A stretch of DNA of 64,000 bases from Eledone cirrhosa. Lineage: Eukaryota. Below, piece by piece: positions 37,525 through 50,178 of the stretch (position 1 is the first letter of the stretch; each line of letters begins with the position of its first letter). Below the pieces are notes generated by a model. The model saw nothing but the letters and a program-made list of their open reading frames with translations. It had not been told where the DNA came from and searched no databases. The position numbers and the translations under genes were made by a program. The stretch covers positions 28,055 through 92,054 of the forward strand of contig CAXHJY010000177.1 of NCBI GenBank assembly GCA_964016885.1, given 5' to 3'.

Positions 37525-38539
37525 TTCTAAACCCACAAGTCTATTTTAATATATCGTCATGATTTCACTTTAAAAATACTGGATAAATAATATTTGTATT
37601 TTATTCCTATTTTCTTTTTATTTCCTATTTTCAGTAATGTTTGAGTCTGAAGAGCTTACTGTAAAATGTTTATTTGTTGACTGCGGGCAGAACATACAAC
37701 CACTTTCAGTTTTGATTTTTTAATTCTCGGAAAAAAAAAAAATAATGTATGACCTTTTGTTTGTTTTCTTTTTGATTCTCATACACTAAAGACTGTTTCT
37801 CATATCTTTTGTTTTGTTTTGATTTGTTCTATTTTCTGAAATAGTAATTGTATTTCATTTTATCTTTAGTTAATTGATTATTATAACTAGCAGAAAAACC
37901 ACCATTCGGGTGGTTTTCTGCTAACGTGTAGTGTGTATATTGATATTATACGCAAATATATATACATGTAGATATGATACATCAAATAAAATCTTAATTG
38001 ACAATATATAATACATAGAAATTGAACGAAGACTGTGTTACACTGTCTTATTTAATCAGTAACGTAATCCATGATAATTAAAAAAGACGATATTATATAT
38101 AAACTGCATTAGGCGAAAATGAGTATGTTTATTTAAGTGATCGCCAACCGGAAGTGTTGACATTTCAGAAATTTTAAAGAAGTGAATCTTTAAATAAACA
38201 AAATATATTTAATGAACAACCACAAAATTTAGTAGATAAATTATGTAATATTCATTCATTATTTATTCAAAGTAATCCACCTTATTTTACAAACGGGATA
38301 CAAAAAAAATAAACCGTACGCAATCCCGCAGACCTTCCTTTATTATAGTTTAGATTGAAATATGGAAGTCAATATAAATACAAATGCGCAGGTAGATGAG
38401 ATCCGAACTCCCCGAAACCGGAAACTAAAGGAGCTACAACTTATGCTCAGTGCATGGAGTTCAGCTAATGGCTCCCTTTCTAACAAACAAACTAAAGAGA
38501 CCCTGCAGAGCTATAGTTTTCTGAGAACTTTGGTGTAGA

Positions 38540-40185
38540 TACAGCGAAAAATGAATACATTTTTTTTGTGCCTTCACACTTATCAGACCCCACCTGGATC
38601 AGCTGAGTCATATTTTCACAGAGGAGATGAAAAAGAAAGCACAAGATTGTGAGACAGCTGACTTGGCTATAAAAATACAAAGCCAAAGTCAGTCGCATCA
38701 ACACTCACAACCAACACAAATAAAGGACCCAGGGTAGCCACCACAGACACCCACGCAAATGCTATATTAGCAGCCCCCACTGACACCACAAATGTCACAT
38801 CAGTGCTACTACTAAATGTCAGAGGCCTGGTAAAACTGACCTAACCACAAGCAATCAAACAATCTGCATGGCACTAACTGAAACGTACCTGACAACTAGC
38901 ATAGCAGATGCAGAAATACACAAACCAAAGTATATTGTATTTTATACTAACAGGAGGGGGAGGGGAACTCATGGCAGAGTTGCTTTGTACATCCGTGAAG
39001 AATATCACATCATTAGTACTGTTGTAATATTCCAACTCAGTCTGTGACATACTAATAGTATACATGAAACAACTCAAAATGGTAATATGTGTCACATATT
39101 GACCACCAGATATGAGGACAAATTTAAAGATTTGCCTAAGAAGGATTAAAGAAGTACTGATCAGTTTGGATCAGAGTCTCAGCATCCTACTACAGGAGAT
39201 TTCAACTTCTCCAAAGTCAAATGTCCCTAAGGCCAGCCCTTCAGTAATGACGGCACCTGAACAAAGGTAGACAGAATCGTTGTTGGACCTTACAAACACT
39301 CTTCATGGAACAAAAGGTGAGAATACCCTGGATCTCTGCTTTACGAATAACACGGAGGTCAGCCACGATGTGAAAGTGACACCATCGATTTTCTCGGACC
39401 ATGACAAAGTAGAACTAGGAATAATGCATAGATATACAGCCTACAGGAATCACTCGATCTCTATCCAGCTTAAGTTTCCACATAGCAAACTGAAAAAGGA
39501 TTCAGGAGGAGCTCCTGATGCAAAACTGAGCCGAGAGTCTCTCTATGGAAGATGTCAACATACAACTTGAACAATTCATGGAAATAATAGATGTCATATC
39601 CTCCAAGTTTGCCTCGAAAAGAAAGACCAACAGGCACAAGAATATTATTCCCAGAGACAGGAGACTTCTTATGAGAAGAAGAACAAAGATCTCAAACTGG
39701 CTACATACACAAGCAAGGAACAAGACGGAATCCCATTAAAAGCAGGCACTGTTACAAATTGAAAATGAACTCAAACTCTCCCATGGAAAGGAGAGGGCAG
39801 AAAGAGAGGCCAAGGCTATAGAAACCATAAAGACGAACCCTAAGGCCTTCTTTGAATTTGCAAAAGAGACTGCCTCGGCACACTACGGGATAGGGACACT
39901 TTCCCATAAAAGCAGTTCACTGACCGCAAACCCCCAAGTGTGGCACAGAATGAACAATACAAAAGTGTTTTCTCACCTCCAATGAGTCACATGCCAATAA
40001 GTAAGCCAGATGAGTTCTTTAACACAACTGCTTTACACAGAAAAATGGCAACCATCAATCACATAGATATAAAGGTGAAAGATGTAATATCAGCCATAGA
40101 CAAAATGAGACCAAATTCTGCAGCTGGTCCTGATGGTTTCTCAGCAATCCTCTTAAAAACATTCAAGAGAACATTAGCAAAATCA
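38540..40185 (+). mobile_element. degenerate CR1/L2-group LINE relic, related to the 50179-52965 element
   Basis: Frameshifted matches: [50 protein letters not shown]. Ends abruptly at the Tx1 junction. Confidence 0.85.
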
Positions 40186-41557
40186 CCGCCTCACCAATGG
40201 AACTTGTCCCCTCCACAAGAATTTGAAGAGGAGCCGTTCCAACTTGACGAGGCGCGGACGGGGGCAAGGCACGACGGTTAGGCGGTAGTAGATGACGGAC
40301 GCGATGTACGCATTCGCCACCTCCGCGCGACCTTTCAGTGATAGCTTCCTCCCAGCCCATTTTTGGGTGAGACTGGCTACTCTGCTCGTTACCTCGTCCC
40401 AATTCTTTTCCACCTGGAGGTCTGTTCCGAACCAAACCCCAAGCAACTTTACTGGTCCGTCCGTCCAGCGCCCCACGACGCTGTTGGACGGCATGGGCTT
40501 GCCTCTCCAGGTTCCGAGCTGCAAGCCCACCGACTTTTCCGGGTTAAGTTTGGCTCCTGTCAACCTTTCATATTCCTTCAATAAGGTGCCGACCACCTCG
40601 ATTTCTGAGGTGTTCGACACCATCACGGTGATGTCGTCCGCATAAGCCGACACCGCCTTTCCACATCCCGGTTCGAGCGGGATGCCCTGCAAAAGCTCCA
40701 GCTTCCGCAGTAAAGGCTCGAGAGTCAATACGTACAGAAGGGAAGAGAGAGGGCACCCTTGACAGACCGATCGGGAGAGCCGAAATGGTTCCGAGAGGTG
40801 GTCATTAACCTTGACCACCGAGCGTGTGCCGCTGTGCATTGCAACGATCCAGCTTCTAAAGACAGGGCCGAAGCCAGCTGCTTTGAGGACAAACTCCAGA
40901 TACCGATGGTCGACCCTATCGAATGCTTTCGATTGATCTAAATTGATCAGTGCCCCACCGAAGCCAGATTTACACCCTACCCTCTCTATGATGTATCGCA
41001 TGAGGTGGAGATTGTCGTGTATGGACCTGGCTGGGATTGCGCAAGTTTGCGCCTCCCCAACCAAATCCTCGACGACAAGCGCCAATCTCTTTGCTAACAC
41101 CTTGGCCAAAATCTTAAACTCTGTGTTGAGCAGAGTTATGGGCCTGAAGTTGTCTAATGTATTCCTCTTGTTCTCGTCTTTCCTTATCAGCGTCACCACT
41201 CCCCTGCTCACAGAACTGGGAATACTCCCATTCTGCTGCCAGTTGCAGTAGAGTGCTTCGAGGAGTTCGGAGAACAAGTCTGGCATATTTACGTAAAGCT
41301 CGTAGGACAGGCCATCCAAACCGGGTGACTTGCGCCTCATGCAGCCGACAAGGGCGTCCTGAATTTCGGCTGAAGTAATCGGCCTTTCGCAGCGCTCAGC
41401 GTCGACCGTCGAGATGCGCGGCAAGCCGTCAAGGTAGGGACTGAAATCCGCTACTCTCTCTGACTCGCCACTCTCCCTGAACAACCGAACAAAGTGCTGG
41501 AGAAAGGCCTCACACATCCGCTTGGAATCGCTTATCTCGTGTCCGTCTCGGTCCGCC
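40186..41557 (-). mobile_element. Tx1/L1-clade LINE, RT part, inverted relative to its 3' part
   Basis: 444-aa ORF with KSPGLDG, NFRPITLLN, DQSKAFDRV, QGCPLS, YADD, KLSLKGR, FLW. Confidence 0.92.
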
Positions 41558-41816
41558 TAATAAGAAGAAAATAAGATTTCAAGGAGTGTAGGAATAATAA
41601 GCTAATGTACTTAGAATTAAGTTCATCAGTTAGAGATCATGAGTGATAATGTGAGATACGTAGATATAATTGTTTGGTCCGAAGGAATAAACAACTGCAA
41701 AGATGAGATTGATTTATGGGCTGACGAGATAATTGTAGGCATTACTACCCCATCCTAGTGGTATAGATGTAGGGAGGCTAGAAGGTTATGGTTCTGAAGT
41801 GGGCTGTGTGAGAATG

Positions 41817-42991
41817 CGGAGGGCTGGGCATGCCGTGGCTAATGATGCGCAGACATGCGTTGAGGCTGCGACATCTCCAGATATTCCGCCTCAATGGTGA
41901 ACAGGTGTGGTCGCCGTTTATCAGACGGGCCTTTCCGCAGCTCATTTCTTTGACTGAGCTGCAATCCTGGGTCAAGAAGAGACCGAGACTGGGTGACTGG
42001 CACCTGGAATGTTGCCAGGCACTCACTGCCCTCTACCAAGCGGGCAATGCGATCAGTGGAACTTCCACTCTCGAGTTCTATAGAGGATTAGTGGTGGGCA
42101 AGTGCGATGACGCACTCGGAGAAGCTTTGGGCCTCGACGAAGTCGAACTGACCAGTCTGTACCGGAGGACTTTTGAGCCGGGGACGATGGACAATTTCCA
42201 GAAATCCCTCGCTTGGCAGTGCTACCGGGGGGCACTGCCGGTTCGGGATAAACTCTACAGGCACGGAAGTGCTGTCAGACGAACCTGCCCAAGATGCGCA
42301 CAGAACGACGAAACCGTTCTGCACGCACTTGTCCAATGTCCGTGCATTACTGACTTGTGGAGTTATGTCGAACAGCTACTGTCGCGTGTGGAACGAATCC
42401 GGCTATCAGCCGAGTCCATAGTGAAGATCGAGCCGCCACCTTCCTTAGGTCAGGAAGAGCAGGAAATTTTCCTCCGTCTGGTGGCAGTTGCGAAAGAGAT
42501 TATATGGTGGACCAGGTTGAAAGGACTAAAGACAGACACTTTTCTCTTCGGCCAATCCCTCATCAACTTCTTCAAGTTTCACCTGGAAAGGAGGGTGAGA
42601 GTGGAGAGAGAAGTGCTGCCCCCCCAGTATATTTGCTAAAAGGTGGGTGAATGTGGCGAGAATGGCTCGTGTGAATGGGCCTACTCTGACCATGCGCCTA
42701 TAGGCTGGCTAACTTGAGGAGAGGGGTGCTCTCCTGGGTGCCCTAAAAACGTAGGGTGGTTCAGGATTGGTGGGGTACCTGAAGCACCCCAGGGTCGTAC
42801 ACCCCCTATCGGGGAATTTATTTTATTACATTTATGCATAGTTTATTTTATATTTTTATATTTTCATTGTTAAATTGGTCTTGCCATTGTGCACTTTTAC
42901 TCCACCTTATTGTAAACCCCCACTGTCCCTGTCTTTGTATTGTCCCCTACATGTCGGCCCTGGTGGCTAATAAATGAAATCATTATTATTA
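41817..42991 (+). mobile_element. Tx1/L1-clade LINE, 3' part (zinc-knuckle region, 3' UTR, (TTA)n tail)
   Basis: Begins GGLGMP. CPRC...ETVLHALVQC is the L1/Tx1 CCHC motif. AATAAA and (TTA)n at the end. Confidence 0.9.
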
Positions 42992-43401
42992 TGATCATCT
43001 CAATATATCGCTAATTTAATTCATCATGTTCTATCTATTTACCATGCATATTTTATTATTTTATTACTTTTATTGTCTCTATTATTGTATTATTGTCTTA
43101 TTTATACACTATTTGTTATTATTGTCTTATTTATTTGTTATTAATGTTGTGAAAACTAAACCCCCATGATTCGAACTAACAATCCCAACTTTTAGAATAG
43201 ACCACCTAAAACCTTTAAATACCGAATCTACACCTTCGCTTAATACCACATAAAACCCATTTATCTCTATGCACCCACTCTATCATTCTCACTAAGTTGA
43301 CACAACAAAAATACTTATATATCAAACTATAAATCAATCTCCGGTTTATTGCTAGTGTGCTTTTACACCTCTTCTGCCGGTCTTCTCTTATCATTTGTTA
43401 A

Positions 43402-43429
43402 CCTTGGCGAAGCTGGGTACCTCAGCTAG
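43402..43429 (+). mobile_element. probable Helitron 3' terminus
   Basis: ccttggcgaagctggg hairpin followed by CTAG|T. Confidence 0.5.
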
Positions 43430-43434
43430 TATAT

Positions 43435-44371
43435 CATCATCATCATCATCATCGTTTAACGTCCATATTCCACACTTGCATGGGTTTGGACGGGAGTTTT
43501 CCCACTTGAGGCAAGAGTGGTTGTCTTGCTCGCATAGGACTGTCTGGCGGGTTTTCTACGACTGGATGCCCTTCCTAACACCAACCACATTTACAGTGTG
43601 GAACTGGGAGGTTTTTACCGTGTTACCTACACGGCCACATTACAGCATGGACTGTGTGTTTTTTTTTGTTGTGACACCTACACGACCTCATTTGTTTCGG
43701 GCTGGATGTTGTGACACCAACATAACTTTACATTGAAAGGGGTGGTGTGGATGGGGTGTGGGTAGTGGGACGGGGTGTATTTTGTTAGAGGTGCCTACTG
43801 ACTGTAGTAGGTTTCACTTTGTACTTAGGTAAGGCGGGTCTACTCCATTACTGTCTAGCGCCAAAGCTCGCGGTCCAGTGACATTGTCTTGGAGAGGTGT
43901 AAGTGTGTGAGGTCGGAATTTATCAAGTCGTCCCAGGTGTTTCTGGGTCTGCCTACACCGTGGTTAATGTCTATTTTTATACAGCTGTCGTCTTTCATGC
44001 GAATTCATGTGACCATACCAACGTAATCTTCTCTCGAATAAACAACATCTGATCCCTCTTATTTCTAATTTCTGCCTTAGTTCGTTTATGCTTTGCTGTT
44101 CATGTATATTACTATTACACATCCAGCGGAGCATGCAAGCTTCATTCCTCTCTAGTCTGCGTATATCCTCTGCACACAATGCCCAGATCTCACTGCCATG
44201 TAACATTGCTGTTCGCATGCAGGCATCATACAACCTGCCATCATTTTTAGAGAGAACCCTTTAGCGGCCAATAGTGGTATAAGCTCTCTGAACTTTTTCC
44301 ATAACGTTCTGACTCTAGCTACTGTACATTCAGAGCACCCTCCCCCACTGCTGATTTTATCACCCAGGTAA
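43435..44371 (-). mobile_element. 5'-truncated RTE LINE with (GAT)n tail
   Basis: [14 protein letters not shown]...WKKFREL...RRLRWYGH, with (CAT)n at 43435 on +. Confidence 0.88.
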
Positions 44372-45658
44372 CATATATATACACACATATAAATATATAC
44401 ATATATATATATATATATATATGTACATATATATACACACATATATATATACACACATATATATATATACATATATATATACACACATATATATATATAC
44501 ATATATATACACACATATATATATATATACATATATATTACACACATATATATATATATACATATATATACACACATATATATATATACATATATATACA
44601 CACATATATATATATACATATATATACACACATATATATATACATATATATATACACACATATATATATATACATATATATATACACACATATATATACA
44701 CACATATATATATATACATATATATACACACATATATATATATACATATATATTCACACATATATATATATACATATATATTCACACATATATATATATA
44801 CATATATATTCACACATATATATATATACATATATATTCACACATATATATATATACATATATATTCACATATATATATATATACATATATATTCACATA
44901 TATATATACATATATATTCACATATATATATATATACATATATATTCACATATATATATACATATGTATTTACATATATATATATATACATATATATACA
45001 CATATATATATATATACATATATATACACATATATATATATATACATATATATACACATATATATATATATACATATATATACACATATATATATATATA
45101 TACATATATATACACACATATATATATATATACATATATATGCACACACATATATATATACATATATATACACATATATATATATATATACATATATATA
45201 CACATATATATATATATATACATATATATACACATATATATATATATCTATACACATATATATATATATCTATACATATATATATATATCTATACATATA
45301 TATATATATATCTATACATATATATATATATATCTATACATATATATATATATCTATACATATATATATATATCTATACATATATATATATATCTATACA
45401 TATATATATATATCTATACATATATATATATATCTATACATATATATATATATCTATACATATATATATATATCTATACATATATATATATATCTATACA
45501 TATATATATATATCTATACATATATATATATATCTATATATATACATATATATATATATATATACATATATATACATATATATATACACATATATATACA
45601 TATATAATATATATACATATATATACATATACATATACATATATATACATATATATAC

Positions 45659-45691
<33 letters not shown>

Positions 45692-45767
45692 ATATATATA
45701 TATATATACATATATATAAAAATATACAAATATATACATATACATATACATATACATAAATATACAT

Positions 45768-45798
<31 letters not shown>

Positions 45799-46226
45799 AT
45801 ATATACACATATATATATATAATATATATATACATTATACATATACATATACATAATAACATATACACTATATAATATATATACACATATATATATATAC
45901 ATATACATATATATATATACATATATATAATATAAATATATATATATACACATATATATAATATACACATATATATATATATACATTAACTATAATTATA
46001 TAATATACATATATATATATATCTATACATATATATACATATATATATATACTATATACATATATATACATATATATACATATATATATATATATACATA
46101 TATATACATATATATACATATATATACATATATATACATATATATATATACACACATATATATAAAATACATATATATATATACCATATATAATATATAT
46201 ATATACATATATATACATATATATAC

Positions 46227-46259
<33 letters not shown>

Positions 46260-46393
46260 CATATATATACATACATATATATATACATATATATACATAC
46301 ATATATATACATATATTATATATATACATATATATATATATATACACATATATATATATACACATATATATATATATCTATACATTTATATAC

Positions 46394-46426
<33 letters not shown>

Positions 46427-46582
46427 CATATATATACATATATATATATACATATATATACAATATATATATACATATATATATATACATATACATATAT
46501 ATATATACATATATATACATATATATATATACATATATATACATATATATACATATATATATATACATATATATACATATAC

Positions 46583-46614
<32 letters not shown>

Positions 46615-47000
46615 ACATATATATACAGATATATATACATATATATATATATATATCTACACATATATATACATATATATACACATATATATACATATAT
46701 ATATATATATATCTACACATATATATACATATATATACACACATATATATACATATATATACATATATATACACATATATATATACACATATATATACAT
46801 ATATATATATACATATATATATATACATATATATATATACATATATATACATATATATATATACATATATATACATATATATATATACATATATATACAT
46901 ATATATACATATATATATATACATATATATACATATATATACATATATATATATACATATATATACACATATATATACACATATGTATATACATATCTTC

Positions 47001-47223
47001 AGTGAAGGCGTGTGGCTGAGTGGTTAGGGAATTGGATTTGGAATCGCAAGGTTGTGAGTTCGATTCCTGGACCAGGTGATGCGTTATGTCCTTGAGCAAG
47101 ACACTTTATTTCACGTTGCTCCTTCTACCTGGAGTTGCGACCGATAGATAGTATTAGCAATTGGAAAGACCAACGGAAACATTCTTCCCTCGGTCCGATT
47201 TGACGAAAGTCGATCGTTCCTAT
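47001..47223 (+). mobile_element. tRNA-derived SINE (structured-tail subfamily; also about 7172, 11861, 13375, 36077)
   Basis: agtgaaggcgtgtggctgagtgg...gttcgattcc...ccttgagcaagacactt...ctacctggagttgcgacc. Confidence 0.85.
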
Positions 47224-47585
47224 AAAATATATATATATATATATATACATATATATACATATATCATATACATATACATACATATACACATATACATATA
47301 TATATACATATACATATACATACATATACACATATATATATACATATATATACATATACATATACATACATATACACATATACATATATATACATATATA
47401 TACATATATATATACATACATATACACATATACATATATATACATATATATACATATATATATACATATATATACATATACATATATATACATATATATA
47501 TACATATATATACATATACATATATATACATATATATATACATATATATATACATATATATACATATACATATACATATATATAC

Positions 47586-47616
<31 letters not shown>

Positions 47617-47675
47617 CATATATATATACATATATATATACATATATATATACATATATATACATATATATATAC

Positions 47676-47720
<45 letters not shown>

Positions 47721-47771
47721 CATATATATATATACATATATATACATATATATATATATACATATATATAC

Positions 47772-47838
<67 letters not shown>

Positions 47839-48151
47839 CATATATATATATACATATATATACATATATATATATACATATACATATATATACATATATA
47901 TATATACATATACATACATATACATATATACATATATATATATACATATATATATATATACATATACATATATACATATATATATATATACATATACATA
48001 TATATACATATATATATACATACATATACATATATATACATATATATATACATACATATACATATATATACATATATATATACATACATATACATATATA
48101 TACATATATATATACATACACATACATATACATATATATACATACACATAC

Positions 48152-48183
<32 letters not shown>

Positions 48184-48295
48184 ATATACATATACATATA
48201 TATATATATACATATACATATATATACATATATATATACATACACATACATATATATATATATACATACACATACATATATATACATATACATAC

Positions 48296-48326
<31 letters not shown>

Positions 48327-48333
48327 CATATAC

Positions 48334-48365
<32 letters not shown>

Positions 48366-48672
48366 ATATACATATACATATATATATACACATACATATA
48401 TATATATATACATATACATATATATATATACATATACATATATGCATATATATATATATATACATATATATACATATATATATATATATATACATATATA
48501 CATATATATATATATTGGAATAAATGCTCTGAAATAGCGATATATATGTGAATATAGACATAGAATATTCGAAAATATTCTGTATGTTTATAATAAACAT
48601 TTTGAAGACCTAATCGCTATAGAATAGAATACGTCACGTATTACAATTAGATTCTCGATAAAAGCAAGGGAA

Positions 48673-48715
48673 GTAATCTACGCGTTTCATTCTCGTTAGA
48701 AATCATCAGGACTAC
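48673..48715 (-). ncRNA. type I hammerhead ribozyme, copy 1
   Basis: Minus strand reads GUAGUC-CUGAUGA-u.uucu-aacg-agaa.u-GAAA-CGCG-UA-GAUUAC: stem I GUAGUC/GAUUAC, canonical core, palindromic ACGCGU stem III, GUA cleavage triplet. Confidence 0.88.
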
Positions 48716-48982
48716 ATATCCAGTGCTTTTATCGAGAATGACACAGCTAGAGACTTATAGAATACTTAGCTGTGTACAGGAACTGGTTTGAAAGAGCGGT
48801 TGCCGGTCCGGCAGAAATTAGAAATTGGAATAAATGCTCTGAAATAGCGATATATATGTGAATATAGACATAGAATATTCGAAAATATTCTGTATGTTTA
48901 TAATAAACATTTTGAAGACCTAATCGCTATAGAATAGAATACGTCACGTATTACAATTAGATTCTCGATAAAAGCAAGGGAA

Positions 48983-49025
48983 GTAATCTACGCGTTTCAT
49001 TCTCGTTAGAAATCATCAGGACTAC
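48983..49025 (-). ncRNA. type I hammerhead ribozyme, copy 2
   Basis: Same sequence as copy 1, offset +310. Confidence 0.88.
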
Positions 49026-49292
49026 ATATCCAGTGCTTTTATCGAGAATGACACAGCTAGAGACTTATAGAATACTTAGCTGTGTACAGGAACTGGTTTG
49101 AAAGAGCGGTTGCCGGTCCGGCAGAAATTAGAAATTGGAATAAATGCTCTGAAATAGCGATATATATGTGAATATAGACATAGAATATTCGAAAATATTC
49201 TGTATGTTTATAATAAACATTTTGAAGACCTAATCGCTATAGAATAGAATACGTCACGTATTACAATTAGATTCTCGATAAAAGCAAGGGAA

Positions 49293-49335
49293 GTAATCTA
49301 CGCGTTTCATTCTCGTTAGAAATCATCAGGACTAC
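49293..49335 (-). ncRNA. type I hammerhead ribozyme, copy 3
   Basis: Same sequence as copy 1, offset +620. Confidence 0.88.
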
Positions 49336-49681
49336 ATATCCAGTGCTTTTATCGAGAATGACACAGCTAGAGACTTATAGAATACTTAGCTGTGTACAGG
49401 AACTGGTTTGAAAGAGCGGTTGCCGGTCCGGCAGAAATTAGAAATTGGAATAAATGCTCTGAAATAGCGATATATATGTGAATATAGACATAGAATATTC
49501 GAAAATATTCTGTATGTTTATAATAAACATTTTGAAGACCTAATCGCTATAGAATAGAATACGTCACGTATTACAATTAGATTCTCGATAAAAGCAACCG
49601 CTCTTTCAAACCAGTTCCTGTACACAGCTAAATATTCTATAAGTCTCTAGCTGTGTCATTCTCGATAAAAGCACTGGATAT

Positions 49682-49724
49682 GTAGTCCTGATGATTTCTA
49701 ACGAGAATGAAACGCGTAGATTAC
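49682..49724 (+). ncRNA. type I hammerhead ribozyme, copy 4 (in inverted unit)
   Basis: gtagtc CTGATGA(49688-49694) tttctaacgagaat GAAA(49709-49712) cgcg TA gattac, read directly on +. Confidence 0.88.
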
Positions 49725-49862
49725 TTCCCTTGCTTTTATCGAGAATCTAATTGTAATACGTGACGTATTCTATTCTATAGCGATTAGGTCTTCAAAATGT
49801 TTATAAACATACAGAATATTTTCGAATATTCTATGTCTATATTCATATATATATATATATAC

Positions 49863-49905
<43 letters not shown>

Positions 49906-50049
49906 CATACATATACATATATATACATATATATATATACATATACATATACATATATATACATATACATATACATATGCGTGTGTTTCTTATTGGCAAC
50001 ATGACCCTCCCAAAGTATAACAATATATATATATATATATATACATATA

Positions 50050-50083
<34 letters not shown>

Positions 50084-50086
50084 CAC

Positions 50087-50145
<59 letters not shown>

Positions 50146-50178
50146 TATATATATATACATACATATATATATATATAT

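Larger units (their letters stand above)
48514..49845 (-). mobile_element. hammerhead-containing 310-bp tandem array with inverted terminal copy (non-LTR retrozyme / Penelope pLTR-like)
   Basis: Units start at 48514, 48824, 49134 and 49444 (period 310). The fourth is truncated at 49597, and an inverted partial copy spans 49594-49845. Flanked by (TA)n on both sides. Confidence 0.88.

Noticed and set aside
41558-41816. Spacer as a mitochondrial insertion
   Set aside because: No recognisable mitochondrial gene or tRNA motif
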